Source of the DNA: Balanoglossus misakiensis
Lineage: Eukaryota > Animalia > Hemichordata
Assembly (NCBI GenBank): GCA_040954595.2
Contig: CM082576.2
Span: forward strand, 10,977,129-11,041,128
Direction of reading: 5' to 3'
DNA: 64,000 bases
Within the stretch, counting starts at the first letter, position 1; each line of letters opens with the position of its first letter. Positions 38,101 to 53,100 of this stretch are shown in pieces. A program made the position numbers and the translations under genes. Below the pieces are notes generated by a model. That model was not told the origin of the DNA. It did no database searches and worked only from the letters and a program-made list of their open reading frames with translations.

Positions 38101-41100
38101 CCCTCCAGCTCCTCCAGTTTCGCCCGGAGCCTCTCCACCTCCCTCTGGAGGCTGCTGTTCTCGCTCTTCAGCGACACAACCTCGGATTTCAGCGTCGACC
38201 TCTCCGAGTTCAAAGTGGAGTTCTCCACCTGCATATTGGCGTACTGCGACTGCAGGTTCGAGTTCTGCGCCTGCAGCGTTGCCACCTGAGACTGCAGCGA
38301 CGTGTTCTGCGACTGGAGGTTGCCGACTTGACCTTGGAGGTTTTCGTTCTGGGTCTTCAGACTGTTGGTCTCAGTCTGCAGGGAAGCATTCTGAAAGATT
38401 AAATTTAGATGTTACTGGATAGTTTACAGGAAGTTAAGAGGGATTGACATGCCCAAGTGGCATGACTGCTATTTCAGGCAGCCCGGCATTCTCAATTGCA
38501 AGCTGCCAACATTCTCAATTGCTACCATCTGTTCTGTGTCTATTATCGGACAAATTATGGCTGTTCGGCTGACTGCTGACATCATTACAAATTGCTTCAT
38601 TGGTCAACTCACAGTCACAGACATTTCACTGTTGGTTTTCAATACTGTCTACCACTACCAGCTGACAGAAAACCTTGACAGCATTTACACACTGATAATT
38701 TAATAAGTAAATCTAAAACAGCAGTTGGTAGTCTAAAAAGACAATGTACATGAAAATACTCAATGCTTACATTTCTTTCCAGTTCTATCAGATGGTCCTT
38801 CATCTTCAGGATCTCTTTGGCACTGATTCTGTCACTTTCAGAGCGTCTGTGAATAGAAGGGTGATCATACACAATTCCCTCAGAAGAGTTTTCTATACAC
38901 ACTATCTCTATTTCACTTAAAACTTAAACTTCCAGTCCACATTTATTCAGGCATTTGTTGTTCAAATTCAACATATTTTTGGAGAACTGTTGTTTATGGC
39001 TGTTTCCCTAAAATTACTCTATTTTTTTATAGGACTATCTAGTTCAAACTTTCCTCAAAACTTACTGAATTTTTGGAGGACTTGTAGTACTGCTAACTTG
39101 CTCTTCTTCTTGTCTCTGTTGAAGGGATACATACTGTCGTTTCACAGTCTTTAGTTCCGTATTCAATTCTTTGTTTCTGCTGACTGATTCCTGTAACCTG
39201 TAACATACATTTGATTTGAAATATGCCGGTTAGATCCCCTAGAGTATGCCATGGTCTGCGTAGTGACCTAATGCACCTGTCACTAGCAGACCAACACTCA
39301 CAATATGTACACAAACGATGCAATTAATTATCTGATCATCAAGACGACCTATTTACATGAAAATTATGAGATTTCTGCAAGTATTTTTGAATGAATGCCA
39401 TTCTACAGTAATTCCATTCCTTCGTATTTGTCTCATTCATTACAGTCCAATTGTCTTGCACTTTGTTCATTATTTCATTTCACATTTTTGTGAGTCCCAC
39501 TGTATCTACAGTACATGTACATTGAAGATGATTAATACTACCAGTAGAAATGCAAATTAATGACAACACGACGAACAAAATTGCAAAAAATATGTGAAAC
39601 CCCTGCATCTTTTTGGTTCACATAAATTTTTTATGAAATGGAGAAAAAAGACTATTAAAAGTTAAAACCAATGAATTCGAGTTAATGTATAAGAACCTTG
39701 AGGGCATAGTCTCTACAAAGAGCTAATACAACTGTCACATGCAGATAGATTCACACTGACGATAAATGCCCAGTCTGCAATTATCACAAAGCTGACTACC
39801 AGTAAATTACTACGAACTTCAAAGGCATTCAACTTCGTCTGTGGAACTGAAAATCATCTTGACAATGCGGGTAAAAATAATCACACAGTGTACATAAAAT
39901 GGAGGTAAAAAAGCCTTGATACACAAAAGCCCAGGAGATGCAGGTATATAAAAACATGTCACTGTCAAAACGTCCTGACATTGATGATGTCAGGGTGCTG
40001 GACGAAATACCCCATCAATCTCCATAACAAGGCCCTGTCCACTGAACTGACAAGGAATATAATCATGAATGTATTTACCTTGATTCCAAGGCAATGATCT
40101 TTTCCTCTTTGACTTCTAAACTTTTCTTCACAGCATCTTCCATTCGATTTTCTAAGGCCTTGTAGCGGCTGAAATATTGTATATAGACAAGACAACCATT
40201 AGGTACAGGAAAGTCATTCATATGTTTGGCAAGTGAGCCTGTGTTTTTTCTCAATGTTGTTTTCTTTCACCAAAACATCCTGATTGTAAAGACACATCAA
40301 GAGAGATTTAAAAACAGGTAGAACTTACTCTTCGTCTTCTGATAATTCTTGGTGTAAAATTTTCTCCTTATTGAGGCCTATCTTGTTCAGTTCAGTTGAC
40401 AACTTTTCCAGTTTATTACTGAGCTGTTGTGTTTTGATCTTCTCACTCACCAATTCCTAGCATAAGAGAAAAGAAAAAGGGTTGACTTTCACTGTCAATC
40501 ACTAAATCTTCCTTTTCTTAACCTCTCTGGAACAGTGACTCCACAAACATCTCAACAATTAAAACATATGCCAAAGTTTAGTTTTAAAATCTTGCCAAAT
40601 GTTTGATATTTTGGACCAGGCTATAAGATACTATCACAAAATGAAGAATCAACTGCATAAAATATGGGTTGTGGCTTAGATGTAAATGTATTCCAAATTA
40701 TCAAAATCTCTTTTCTTTCTGAATGAACCATTGTTTAATTTCTATTAAAAAAGTTTCCCAGAGGGGTTCTGGAAGAGGAATTTCCGACTTAAACATGTCT
40801 CCTGTTTGATAAGCTCCTGCTCAGTCGGCGTAAGTTTATGAAAGAATTTTCTGATTGTACCCAGTGAGTTCTGTCACACTTCGGGGATCAGACGAAGATA
40901 TCAGAGGAAACAGCTGCTCAACTTTTCCTCAGACAAAATAGCTGTACGTCAACACAGTTCCCACAACTGCTATCACCATCAGTCATCTTACTTTTATGTA
41001 TAACATTTGTACTCCAGTAACCTGTCATATGTGTGGGTGCATACCACTAAAATTCACACTTGCTTCCAGTTTCTTTGGAAGAATTCAAAGACTGCGTGTC

Positions 41101-44100
41101 TTTTATAATCAGCATGCTTATTTTCAATGGACTCTACGTGACACTTACATCTTTGCATTTGTGGCGGTACATGGAATTCAAATTTTTGCTGTTAGAAAAT
41201 TCTTCTTGAAAGTGAGTAACGGTGAAGATAGTAAAGAATTTGTTGTTGTTTGCTTGTACTGAGTCTTAAATCAAACTGATGTGCGATTTTTTATATGCCA
41301 CATGATTTGTCAAGGAAATTTGGTTGCCGGTTGGCATCAATTTTTGCTTACCTCTCTCAACATTGTCAATGTCTTTTTCTCACTCGTGACCTGCTGCATC
41401 AAATCTTTATTGTCACTTTCTAGTTCCCTCAGTCTCTCATTAGAGTCCTGGTTCTTCTCCAGCAATTTCTGCAACCGTTTGATCTCCCTTTCCAAGTTGG
41501 CTATTTTCGCTTTGCAATCATCAATGGTAGTGTCTTTGACCTCGATGGACTGTCGAAAGCGCCGGTTCTCCTTCTGCAGCTGTTTGAACTCCTTCTCCAA
41601 ACTCGAATACTCCACTTCCCAGTCCTTATTGTCTCTCTGCAACTCCTCGATCTTCTTCGAGGAAGTTTTCAGATTCTCAATCTCCTTTTTGAGTTTGTCA
41701 TTTTCGTTCTCCAGCTCTTGAATGTCCCTGCCGAGGGCAGTGGCTCTCCTGGTGGCTATTTCCAGACTCTTTTGGAGTCTCTGGTTCTCGTTCTCCAACT
41801 CCATATTGTCCACCTCCATCTGCGTGTATTTCTCTTGATTGGCTTGGAATGCATGTAGTGATTTCTGCAGCTGTCGGTTCTGCCTGTCCAGATCGTCCTT
41901 CTCCTGCTCCACCTGACTCAACTTGGCCGTGTGGGACTTCATGGCTCCCAGTCCCCTCTGCAACTTCTGCACCTCCGCCAGCAGAGTGATGTTCTCGCTC
42001 TGCACTTCCTCCATCTTGGCGTGGCTCACCTTGACGCTCTCCAGGGTCTTCTCCAGCTTCCGCTTCTCCACCTCCAGGTCGGAGTTCTCCTGCTCCAGCA
42101 CCTCCATCTTCTCGCAGGTCAGGGTCAAAGTGGCAACGTTCCTCTGCTGCTTCTCGATCTCCTCCTCCAGCTCGGCGTTCTTCTTCTCCACCTCCTCGAT
42201 GTTCTCCGCTTTCTCCTTCAGCCGCTCGTGGTTCTTCAGCAACTGCCGGTGCTCGTACTCCAGGTTCGAGAGCTTGTTGGTGGCCTCGCGCGACGTCTCG
42301 TGCAACTTCTTGTTCTCCTTCTGGATCTCCTGCATCCTCTGATCGGCGTTTTTCTGATTCCTCTCGCGGAGGATTTCAATTGTCTGCGAGAGTTGCTCGG
42401 TCTCCGCCTCGTACTCCCTGCGCTGCCTCTCCACGGTCTTGGACAGGGAATCCACGCTCAGCTGGATTTGCGCTTTGTCCCGCCTCATCTCGTTGTATTT
42501 CTGCTCCAGGTCCACAAAGCTCTTGGTGTCCTTGGTCGAAGCTGCCTGCAGCTTCTCGTTCTTTTTGGAGAGTCTCTGATTATCTTTCTCGAGTTCCAGT
42601 ATTTTGGAATTGTTGTCCAACATCGTGGTTTCCCTCAGTGTCTCTAGTTCCTGTTGCAGGCGTTGGTTTTCCCTCTCTAACCGCAGTAATTGTGTGGATG
42701 CCGCGTCTGAGTATTCAGCTGATAGTGACTGCCCAACTTATGAGGGGGGAAGAAAAGAGAGACATATCATTTTATACTGTGAATCTCTGAAATGTTCTTG
42801 TTGAAACAACAGCTTTGCATTCTTGCTTAATTGTAGAAAGCGAATAATTCATTGTCGACTTACTTGGGGATGTGAGCTTCTTCACTATATCTAACTCCTT
42901 GGCTAGGCTAGCAGAATCATTCATACTCTCTTTGCTCTCAATCCTTAGGAATGCATTTTCATCTGCCAGTTCTCGTATCCTTTCCCGGTCATTTTCTCGC
43001 TCCTGAAAATACACAAAAAAATAAGGTCTGAAATATTGCCATGTGTGTAAACAGAAGTCTCACCTATCATCACTCCCCACTCAGGAAGAATACATTTCAG
43101 AAAAAAAATAGGTGATTGTCATTTTCAAGAAATGATAAAACTGGTTTGAAAATATTTCCAGACAGTGCGGAAGACAGAAACAATTCTTGATTATAACGGC
43201 CATGCTATGGAAATAAATTGACATTCACTAGGATATCAAAAGTGTATAAAAGATAACTGCATTAAAGTCACTAGCATACAACTTATAACAATAATTTGAA
43301 TGAAATATTACATATATATATACAAACATTTTTGTAACTCTCCCAAACTCAGATTTCAACCAAAGAACCAAAATTGAACAGCAACTAACACCGAAATCCA
43401 TGAGGAAGAAGGATTCTTTAAATTTAGTTCGCTTTGCCCAAGGAAAATTAGCCAAATTTGACCCACAAATAATTTGTCCAAAAAGTCCTTTTAGCTGAGA
43501 TAAATTCTGCCCATTACAAAATTGCACTGCTACATAAGCTACATTAGCTAGCCACCTCCGATACTGCAGCGTTGGTTCAACATTCCCCAATATTCTAGTC
43601 AGATAACCACAGGATAACCACTTAACACACACTGCAGCCCAGGTAGACACACACACACAATACATCAATTTTACATCTATGATCTATTTTCATGCTAATA
43701 TCTGGTATAAAAACTTAGCTTAACACATCACACCCTGATTCACTGCACTCTTTCTTGTGACTTTCCAAATATCAACAAAACTGATAATACATACTTGGTG
43801 ATTTTTAATATCATCTTTATGGGAGTACATGCAATCTCTTTCACAAATGAAATGAAATGGACTAAAATCGACAGGCATGAAGGAAGTGAGGAACACTTTG
43901 CAGAACAAAGAAACAGAAGTCAATTATCCTTGGTGTTGACAAAAACATATGTCGACGACCACGTCACTGGCATTCCGACTGATCTTACCCACTGTAATGC
44001 AGAGAGATCTGCCTCTGGTAAGCGTCCTTTTCGTGTGTACATGTATATGGACTGACAGAGAAGATGATGGAGAAAGTCATGGAGGTTTTTAATAGACAGA

Positions 44101-47100
44101 GACAGGTGCATTAGTTGAAGACAAGCAGATATTTATAAATAGGTTAGTCATAGTAGTCTCAACTGTTCAAGGGTGGAGGTTGCTGCATTGCGATCATACG
44201 TGCAACTGTGCCATGTAACACTGACTGTGGATTCAGCATTTAGGGTTTTATGAAAGAATGATGTGACAACCACACGACATAATACAGAAATGCTTCATAG
44301 TAAAATCTACCTGAGAATTAAGTGTGTGGCAATGAAATTTTAAGCCACTGAACTAAATTTCTTATGGCAGACCTATACACAAAGATTCATGAAAATGGAA
44401 AAAACACAAGTAGCTTTCTGTATAAATATATGGGAAGAGACAAATTTGATGGGCCTCATAGAGCACATACATTCTCAACAAGGCCATATGCATATTTCAG
44501 GGCATACACCAAGTAACAGATTTTAAAATCTTTTGTTCAGAAATATACAAACCACCAGAATGTTCTACCTGTTTAGATTACCAGTCACTGAATTTTAATA
44601 AACAATGAAACATACAACTGTGTTCTTCAAAAAATGTGCATGTGCTGTGCATGTGACACAATTGCTTGTATGATATTGATATGCAGCCCTACAATGAAGA
44701 TAACACATTCAGGAACAAACACGGATATTTTCTAAACCTTCACATTATGCTTTTTTAATATGTGCATTTTCGCATATCCACAACGCCTGTGAATGGCAAG
44801 TACATCAAATGGTTATTCGTATGTGACATGGATATTCTCTGTAGGGGTGAATTGAAAAGACAGTGGTCTACAGATGAAGACACAGACAAGGAATTTTAAC
44901 ATCATGATCATGGGTTATGAAATACAAATTGTAATACTGAACGTACCTCTTCGAGTTCTGATATTTGTTGTTTACATTTCAGATTTTCCATTTCTAACTG
45001 GACCATTCTCTCAACTTTCCGATGTGAGCTTTCCAGTTGTTCCTCCAGCACGTTCTTTGTGTCGTGCATCAGCTGATTATCTTCTCTCAATTCCTGTATG
45101 GGCGCACAAAAAACGGCTTAATAAATCCCCCATGTCCTCTTCTCTGAATTACTAAATCTACAACCAACCATGACAGTCAACAAAAAACCAGCATACAATT
45201 CCTAACATTGTCCACCACGCACACTCTCTTAGCTGTGCACAGTACCATATGTGGACAATCGGATAATGAATAAATGGTGGAGTAATGAAATTTTCACATT
45301 ACTCCTATTTTGCACAGAGGGACTTCCAAGAAATGATTCTATTGATGTCAGATTGGCTGAGATCCTAATAATTCTCATCGTCTCATAGTTCATATCAGAA
45401 AAGAAGAAAGCTATACAGCCGGCACTCTGCTCACTGAGGTAATTTTTCTTTCCAAGAAACCACAACCCCTGTGCTTACCTCCACTCTCTTTTTGATGTAC
45501 TCCATTTCGTTGAGTTTTTCCCTATACCTTTGTATTTCGCTTTCGTATTTATCAACCTTGCTGGCTTTCTCTTTCAGAATGTCCAACTCGTCTCTGTACG
45601 CCCTGGCTGTTCTGGCATTCTGGGTCAGATCAATATTCTGAAAACAAATAACAACACAAGCTATTGTTACTGTTTGAAAAAAGAAATACAGCAGATTGAG
45701 CTCTGAACATTCACTGATTTCAATCATATCATTCCCTGTGAAGATTCCATACCTCTTGTCTGAGTTTTTGCAGGTCCAAATTAACTTGTTCCAACTCTTC
45801 TTTCAATTCCATCATATTTTCCGTTTTCTCTTCCAGTTCCTGCCTCATCCTCCTCAACTTGGCCTTGTTCTCCGCCAATTCCACGATGGTGTGATGTTGC
45901 TTGTCCTTGTCCGGAGTTGCCGGTGGCGAGATAGGCATCCGGTTCACATCCATCTGTGACTGTAAATACTCCTTTTCTTGGCTGATTTCGGTGATCGACT
46001 GAAAGAATAATTGAGAAACAGCAAAGCCATTCTTTCATAGCTGATCACCAATCTGATTTTAATATAGAAGTAGGACACACCATTCATAGCCATGTTTCCA
46101 CAGAAAATACACAGAGGTATGTGTGAATACGACTACATGTATTTGGGCAACAGACATTACCATTCCTATCTGCTGTACATTAAAACCTTGTGGCAAGCGG
46201 TGCCTTTTTACTTTTATCCAATATTTATTAAATCTCTTGTCAACAAATTATTTCTCTCTATGTTTTTTGAAGATTTGAAAACCATAATTACATCTGGTCC
46301 CCTGTTTCTTCAACAAGTGAAAAGTCTCAAAATGCGAAGGATTACTAAGACTGTAGAGAATTTATCCCAAATCCCTTAAAATTGTTCACTTATATTACCG
46401 ACGGTATAATGACAAATTTAACAACTATAAATCAAAAAGCAATTTATTCTAAGTAATTTACAGGGCACAGCATTTTTTCTTTCAATTATTTCTGATATGA
46501 TCCTTTTTGAAATGATCAATAAATCTCTTTAAATTACATTCCAAATATCTTAATGGAACTGTGATGGCAATTTCCTCATTTTCGCTGTATCCTTTTGACA
46601 GCCTTGCGACCCCCGACACTGCCATTAAAATATATCACACATAAAGCGGGGAACAAATTCAATTGGCATCTGTCAAGTGGACAAAAATGCCACAAAACAC
46701 ACTCAGACTGATTTTAGTATGCATATACTGCTTCTCCAACTATAATTTGGTGCAAGGGATTACAGAGGCATTCTGAGCTAGCTCTGCAGGTATGAGGCAC
46801 CTGGGATCAATTTGCCAGCATTCAATTCCCTATCAAGATACTTGTCTCTGGGTCACAGTTGACAGAAAAAGAAATGGGTGGGGCCTCCACGTATTAAAGT
46901 ACACAAACTGCTTACCGTTCTTGTATGCTGTTTTCTCACGTGACTCGCATAAAAGGGATAGAAGATTAAAGCAATTCTGACACTCAGTGACCATAAATTT
47001 TAAACAAATCATGTCTGTGGATTTTAAAGATTTGCGTTTCTACGTTTGCGTCAATAATTTCTGAGGAGGGAATTTTTGCTAGTTGCTAAGAGGAAATTGT

Positions 47101-50100
47101 TTTCAATAGTTGCAAAATAAAGATCTCTACTGAATGAACTTAAAAATAGAAAATGTGACGTGCAATGAAAATGTTTTGTATTACTGTAGCACTCTAAGTA
47201 AAAGCTGATGAAACAAGTAGTACATTTCATGCAGTAAACCATGTCATAAAATGCTGAAATAGACAAATGATGAATGAAAACTGCAATGAAATATAACAAC
47301 TTGCCATGCAGCTGGTATTTTCAATGTCGAATAAATCTGATCAAACAAATTTATCAGAGAGAGAAGATATGTCTTAATTTTATGAAATATTATGTGTCCG
47401 AGTAGACTACCAGTTCTTGCAATAATATTACTACGTTCAAAAGCATTTGACAGCAAGGAAATGACAAGCACCATTTACTAAAATACTCCTCATAAATAAA
47501 AACACTGTTGCAAGTCGCAGGGTTTTATTAGGTTTTGTCCAAGACAATAAATGTAACCGCCACCTGTTTCTATTTTTATGCGAAACAGGAAGAATTTTTA
47601 TTAGATTGTCTTGTTATTGATCTTGATCAACAAAACACTGACCACAAACAACTGTTTGGACTGCATTAGTTAGTTTTGAAAGCAAAGAGGACAAAATACG
47701 GCGAGGTACTAGGCTAGGACTGCAAGTGAGAAGTCAAATTTCCAATGGACACGAAACAGTAGACATAAACTCGGCATATTACAAGTGCCCAACACTGCAA
47801 GAGGCGTGGACACCGATATCGCTATTCTGTATTTCACATTCTTTTTCAGACAAGTGCGTAAATACAGTTGTTAAATCAGACAGCTGCTAGTGTAATGATA
47901 CCTATCTTGATTTAACATTCTGGTGTTACCATTGTTAGACATTCTTACAGACACACCCCTACATACATGTACCGTATCATTTTTCTCCCTCAGTGTACAA
48001 TTGAACATACTTTATATCAAGGATTAAAATAGCTGATGAAACTAGTCAACTCCATCAAGTATGCATCTAACGCGTTTCGGGAGTTCGGCTGATAACATTC
48101 TGAGAAACATTACCTCGGCATAATCATCCCTTTCTTTGACGACTCTCTTCAGATGTTCGAACATGTTCCTGGAGAGCGCATCCAACTGCTCCACTGGAAT
48201 CTCCGTCAGTTCACTCCACTGCATGCAGAACACATTGCCAGTGTTGTCCGTTATCTGTAATTACAACAAATAAATCAAGTCAAATGTGGATTCAACAAAG
48301 AAATGAGGGTTGATCTGTAGCTGAGGCCCCACAAAATGAGAAATACTTCAGGCACCCATCACAGTAGAATTTCCACACCTCTGTGGTTGATTTTCAAGAA
48401 AGTTAAGTCTTCCAACACCTTTAACTTCAGGGTCATGTTTACTATTTTTTTTAAACAAAAGGAAATAATGGCATACATCATGTTAAAAAAAAAATTTTTC
48501 TTAGATTTAATATCAAGTTTATTTTTTTATACTTCGAATACTTCAATTCCTTTGAGTGACGTATCTACATCATGCATATTATTGTACAATCATTTGGTGC
48601 AGAATCTGCTTTTCGTGAATTGATGTCTCCACCTCGTGAATTTTACAATCACACTCAATCACTCAGTTGAAATTCAGAGCAGAAAATAGGCCATGACGAG
48701 AGATTGTTGGGGTAATTTCAGTGTCCATTCACTGCACGTATACTGTCACTCGTATATTTTTCTCTAAAGCGTACTTAGCGTTATTTGCCGAAGGACAATT
48801 TGTTGCAAAAAAGCGAAATTCCTATCACATAGCAGGGAAACGGGACTTTGGCGTGGTAAACATTATCAAAGAGCTGCAGCTGCAAGCAACCCACCACTAC
48901 AACTTCATTCAGTGCATTATTCATACGCGGGTTATTCATAATGTATAGAGTGATTTTCAACCAGTGTCGTTTTCACACCGCTTTGATTGACAGTCTAATA
49001 ATAACCCGTTGAAAACCAAACGGAAAAAGCATGCAGGAAAATTGCCACAACTAGGCCCCGTCCAACCGGAGAAAATTGCAAAGGCGTGTTTGTTAATCAA
49101 GCCAGACATTGGCATGCACGGCCATGCGTCCCGTAAAAAAAAATCCTAGACAGGTGAAGAAGGGGTCAGATGAAGAGATGAAATGGAAGTAATGTCTCCA
49201 GTGACAGAAAAAAAGAACGGCTAGATTTTCAAGGACTTCAATTTCTACACCGCACTCGAAGTGTGCTTGTCTCCCGGGTATCACAACAGGATATAAGCAG
49301 CGGAGACAGTTATACTTTGCGGGAATAACAAACTGACAGATACCCATCAGTCCGGCTGATGCTATCCTTTCTAGTGAAAACTGGGCCCCGTTTTCAATAA
49401 AATTAATTTTAGATATGCCAATCCTCTGAATGACTTGAGGGAATTTAGGATGCTTGCCCCAAAAATGTTCACAATGTAAAATATTCGTCATTATATTATA
49501 CCAGTATATTGATGGTGTAAATCACGCTATTTGATTGGTCGAGACACGACACGTGACCGTGATATATTAGCCATATACCACAGTCATATATCATAGTTAA
49601 AGAAAATGCCTTTTAAAAATGTTTTATGCAAAGTTTCAATATACTGGCATAATATAATAGCAATAAAACACCCCCAGCCATGGTATACCACTCGATTTTG
49701 ACCAGTTCAACTCCATATACGCACTCGCTATCGCTCGTGCGTATATGTCGTGAACTGGTCAAAATCTCGTGATATACCATGGCTGGGGGTGTTTTATTGC
49801 TTAAATATTGCCTAGGATTAAAAACATGACTTGTTTAATAAGACTGTGCCATTAACTTATTTTATTTTGTGTTAAATTTATATTTAAACAAAATACTGGC
49901 TAAAGAGCTACCAAACCAGCCATTATTCTATTTTATCAGCTGGTATTTGTAATATTTACACCCCCACACCAAGCTGGCTTCAAGTTCAACATTTAATCTT
50001 CATCTATCTTGATTCTGCCGTTAGTCAAGAACGCCGATGACAGGACCGCATTGTAACTGTGACAGATATACGGCAAAAACAAAGCCATTATCTGAGATGG

Positions 50101-53100
50101 GAGCCTGACAACACGAATCTGTCAAAGGTCAAGCCAGAAGCAGCTATCACAGTACAAATAATACCAGCCACACTTGGCAACCCCTATGCGCAAAAACAAT
50201 AGCTTTGTTCAGTGAGAATGGGAAAAAAAACACAGAAAACTCCTCTTTGAATGTCAATTTTAACTGTACTCCACAGCATCATATATGTGCATAACTTGCG
50301 CTAAACTTCTTACACCCTGTACCGAGGAACTGTCTTTTTCAAACTATAATTTCAAACTATAATTTTATGTCAGCGATCTCCTTAGTAACGTAGCTATACA
50401 TGTACACAGAATGTTAATGTGTACATTTTGAAGTGTGCAATCTTAGGGTACACCCCAAAATATGGTTGCCAAATACTGCATAGTTTCATCAAAATGTATA
50501 GACATTATCTGAATGTTAACTTGAAGTAATGATATTTTAACATTTACGATATTCATAACAATCATTGCGACAAACTCTATCATTTTAAGATTGTTTCTAA
50601 AAGTGGGTATGGATAATTCAAATTCAAATGTGTGCAACATGAAAGATAGGGACAAGAAAGATGAGGGCTACCGTCAGACACTGAAGAGACTAAAAATTGT
50701 GATTTTAGCAAGAACACAATGTAGTGTTGCTCCCTGGTACTGAATGCATACTGTTTGGCACAGGCTGACTTGCTAGATGGAATTTGACAAAACCATAATT
50801 TCAACTCATTTGGGCATGGTTTTCATCATCTCCCTTTTTAAAAAAACCCAGTATTATCTCATACCTCTTGTATGTGACCCACAATAGCATGCTGAACATC
50901 GATTTCCAGCTGTTTGATTTTCTCAATGAAGACCTCTTTCTGCTCACACTGCACGGCACATCCCAGCATCAACAGCAACAACTTATGGAGTTCCCGAAGG
51001 CTCGTTTCGCTATCTGGGTCTCTCGATATCGACAATATATTGGGTAGAGTCATCACTATCAGCTGTTGCAACATTTCCTGTGGAGACAGAATCAGCAAGA
51101 CAAGAAAAAATTTATGAAACAGTTTCGAGAACATTTATTTCCACTCTACATCCATCAAAATGCAGGGAAATGGTTTCTGCAGGCCTTACTCTCAGATAAT
51201 GAGCTGAGACATCTGCGTTTGGGTTGTCAACTGCACTTACAACTATCTTTAAACCCAGACAGTGTCATTTTTATAGGTGTTATAAACATTCCATATGTCT
51301 GGGCCTAGAAAATGCTGAAATCAGGTGTTGAATTTTTTTACCGTGATTCTGTAATTTATACAAAAAAAATCAAATGCTTGTTAACTAATCATTTTCTTCT
51401 GATACACCCAGTCTGGTGCAATAAGAAATTGCTTTGAGTATTAATTGTGATGTATGCTATTATACTTGTATATGAGAAAATAATTAGACAGGCAGCATTT
51501 TTTTTGTGTGTTCTTAAGTACCAGTACTGTAGCATACATGACAGGAGAGATGGGAATGTCAGAATCAGATGCCAATGCTTGCCAGACAGTCTGGAATCTT
51601 CTGTTATTTAATGCAATGTAACATTTTATTGCTGTCAAGGAAAAAATCCCCATTTAGAAGAAGTGCAAAGGACCCAACAGATGGACATTAGATGCCAATT
51701 TGCCGGTTTAATTGGAACAACCCTGGAGTAAATTCTGTTGATACAACAGATGTCAGTCTCTCTTAACCTGTTCATAACATTCAAAATGTTCAATGGGAAA
51801 ATCCAATATTTTCAATGACGTGACTGGATTTGCTATAACAGGGAAATGGTATCTTTCCCCGAGGGAATGACCCAATGATTGCAGCTGGATTTTTGTCTGA
51901 GGTGGAAGGGAACCCCTAACAGCTGGTTATACACCTTCAATATTTTGAAAATACATGTACAGGTCTGCTTTTTAGTGATTGGAAGGTATTAGTGTATGGT
52001 GAAATCTTGTGCAGGGTAAAGGTATTCAATGTTTCAATACTGACACTTGGCCACCCACAGACAAACCAAGGTTAGTGGTCACAGAACAGACAGTCCAGAT
52101 GGTATTGTTATCGCTGACATCATCAATTTTTCCAACTATTTTCATAACTGCACAAGTTAATTAAATCTGTCCCTAAATGACATTTGTGGGTTGAAGTAAT
52201 AACCGGGTAGTTCTCGCGAGTTGAAAAGTCACAATTCAAAGGTGTCCGATTCCGAACCCCTGCTTGGCATTTCTTGTTGAATCTCTGACCTTGTAAAACG
52301 GTCGCTACTGTAGGTCTTGGGATCATTTCTAAGGGACTAGTGATATTTACAGGGAGCTGCATGCAGTGAAGGTTGTCGGGTGTACAACGCTGTTCACAAT
52401 AAGACCTCGGTGTGAAGGTAATGAACAGAAATTCTTTCTCGTCTACTGAAATTAGAATACACCCAGGATTAAAACCAAGTGAGACTGGAACTAGCCACTA
52501 GAAATCCACACCCCTTTGAGATTACATCAGCATAAAAACCGTGTTCCAATTTTATTACACCATCAAGTCGGTCCACCATGTACAGAATGATTAGCTTCCC
52601 AACAGAAACTGGTTGAATGCTCCTACAATTCAAATTCCTATTGAATTAAATATGACCAAGTCTTTCCCTGTACCATCTCTGTGTGTATTCAATTATGTTC
52701 TGTGTAATGTAATTATTTGTCGAATTAAAAAAGGGCTTATAATCAATACATGCATTAACCACTAAGCCCTTTGGAGAGTGTTCTTTATTTAATACATTTC
52801 CCAGTTTACGTTTTTTCATCCAATATAATTTTTCTTCTCTTTCATTTTCAAATATTAATTTGAAACCAGCTTGAATATTAACAATATCACAAACACAAAT
52901 AGAAACTGGCAGCCTATTTGTACCTATCTTTTTTTACATATTTTTTTCCGTACAGCGATGGGATAATTGACATGTCTCTTACTATCAGGATTGGAATTAC
53001 TGTCACTTTGAACAGCAGAGGTACATATGGATGATAGAGTTGGAGCTTGCCTTGAGAGAAAAAGGGGGGAACTAAATTGTTGCTATGGGTGGGCACTGGC

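Noticed and set aside
41281-42790. Plus-strand Leu/Ser/Phe-rich ORFs (146, 139, 238, 136 aa), and likewise 37759-38402
   Set aside because: Antisense shadows of Glu/Lys/Gln-rich coiled-coil codons.
46915-46980. AG/GT-bounded ~61-nt candidate exon in a CCDC88 intron
   Set aside because: Not frame-preserving between phase-0 neighbours and shows no family similarity.
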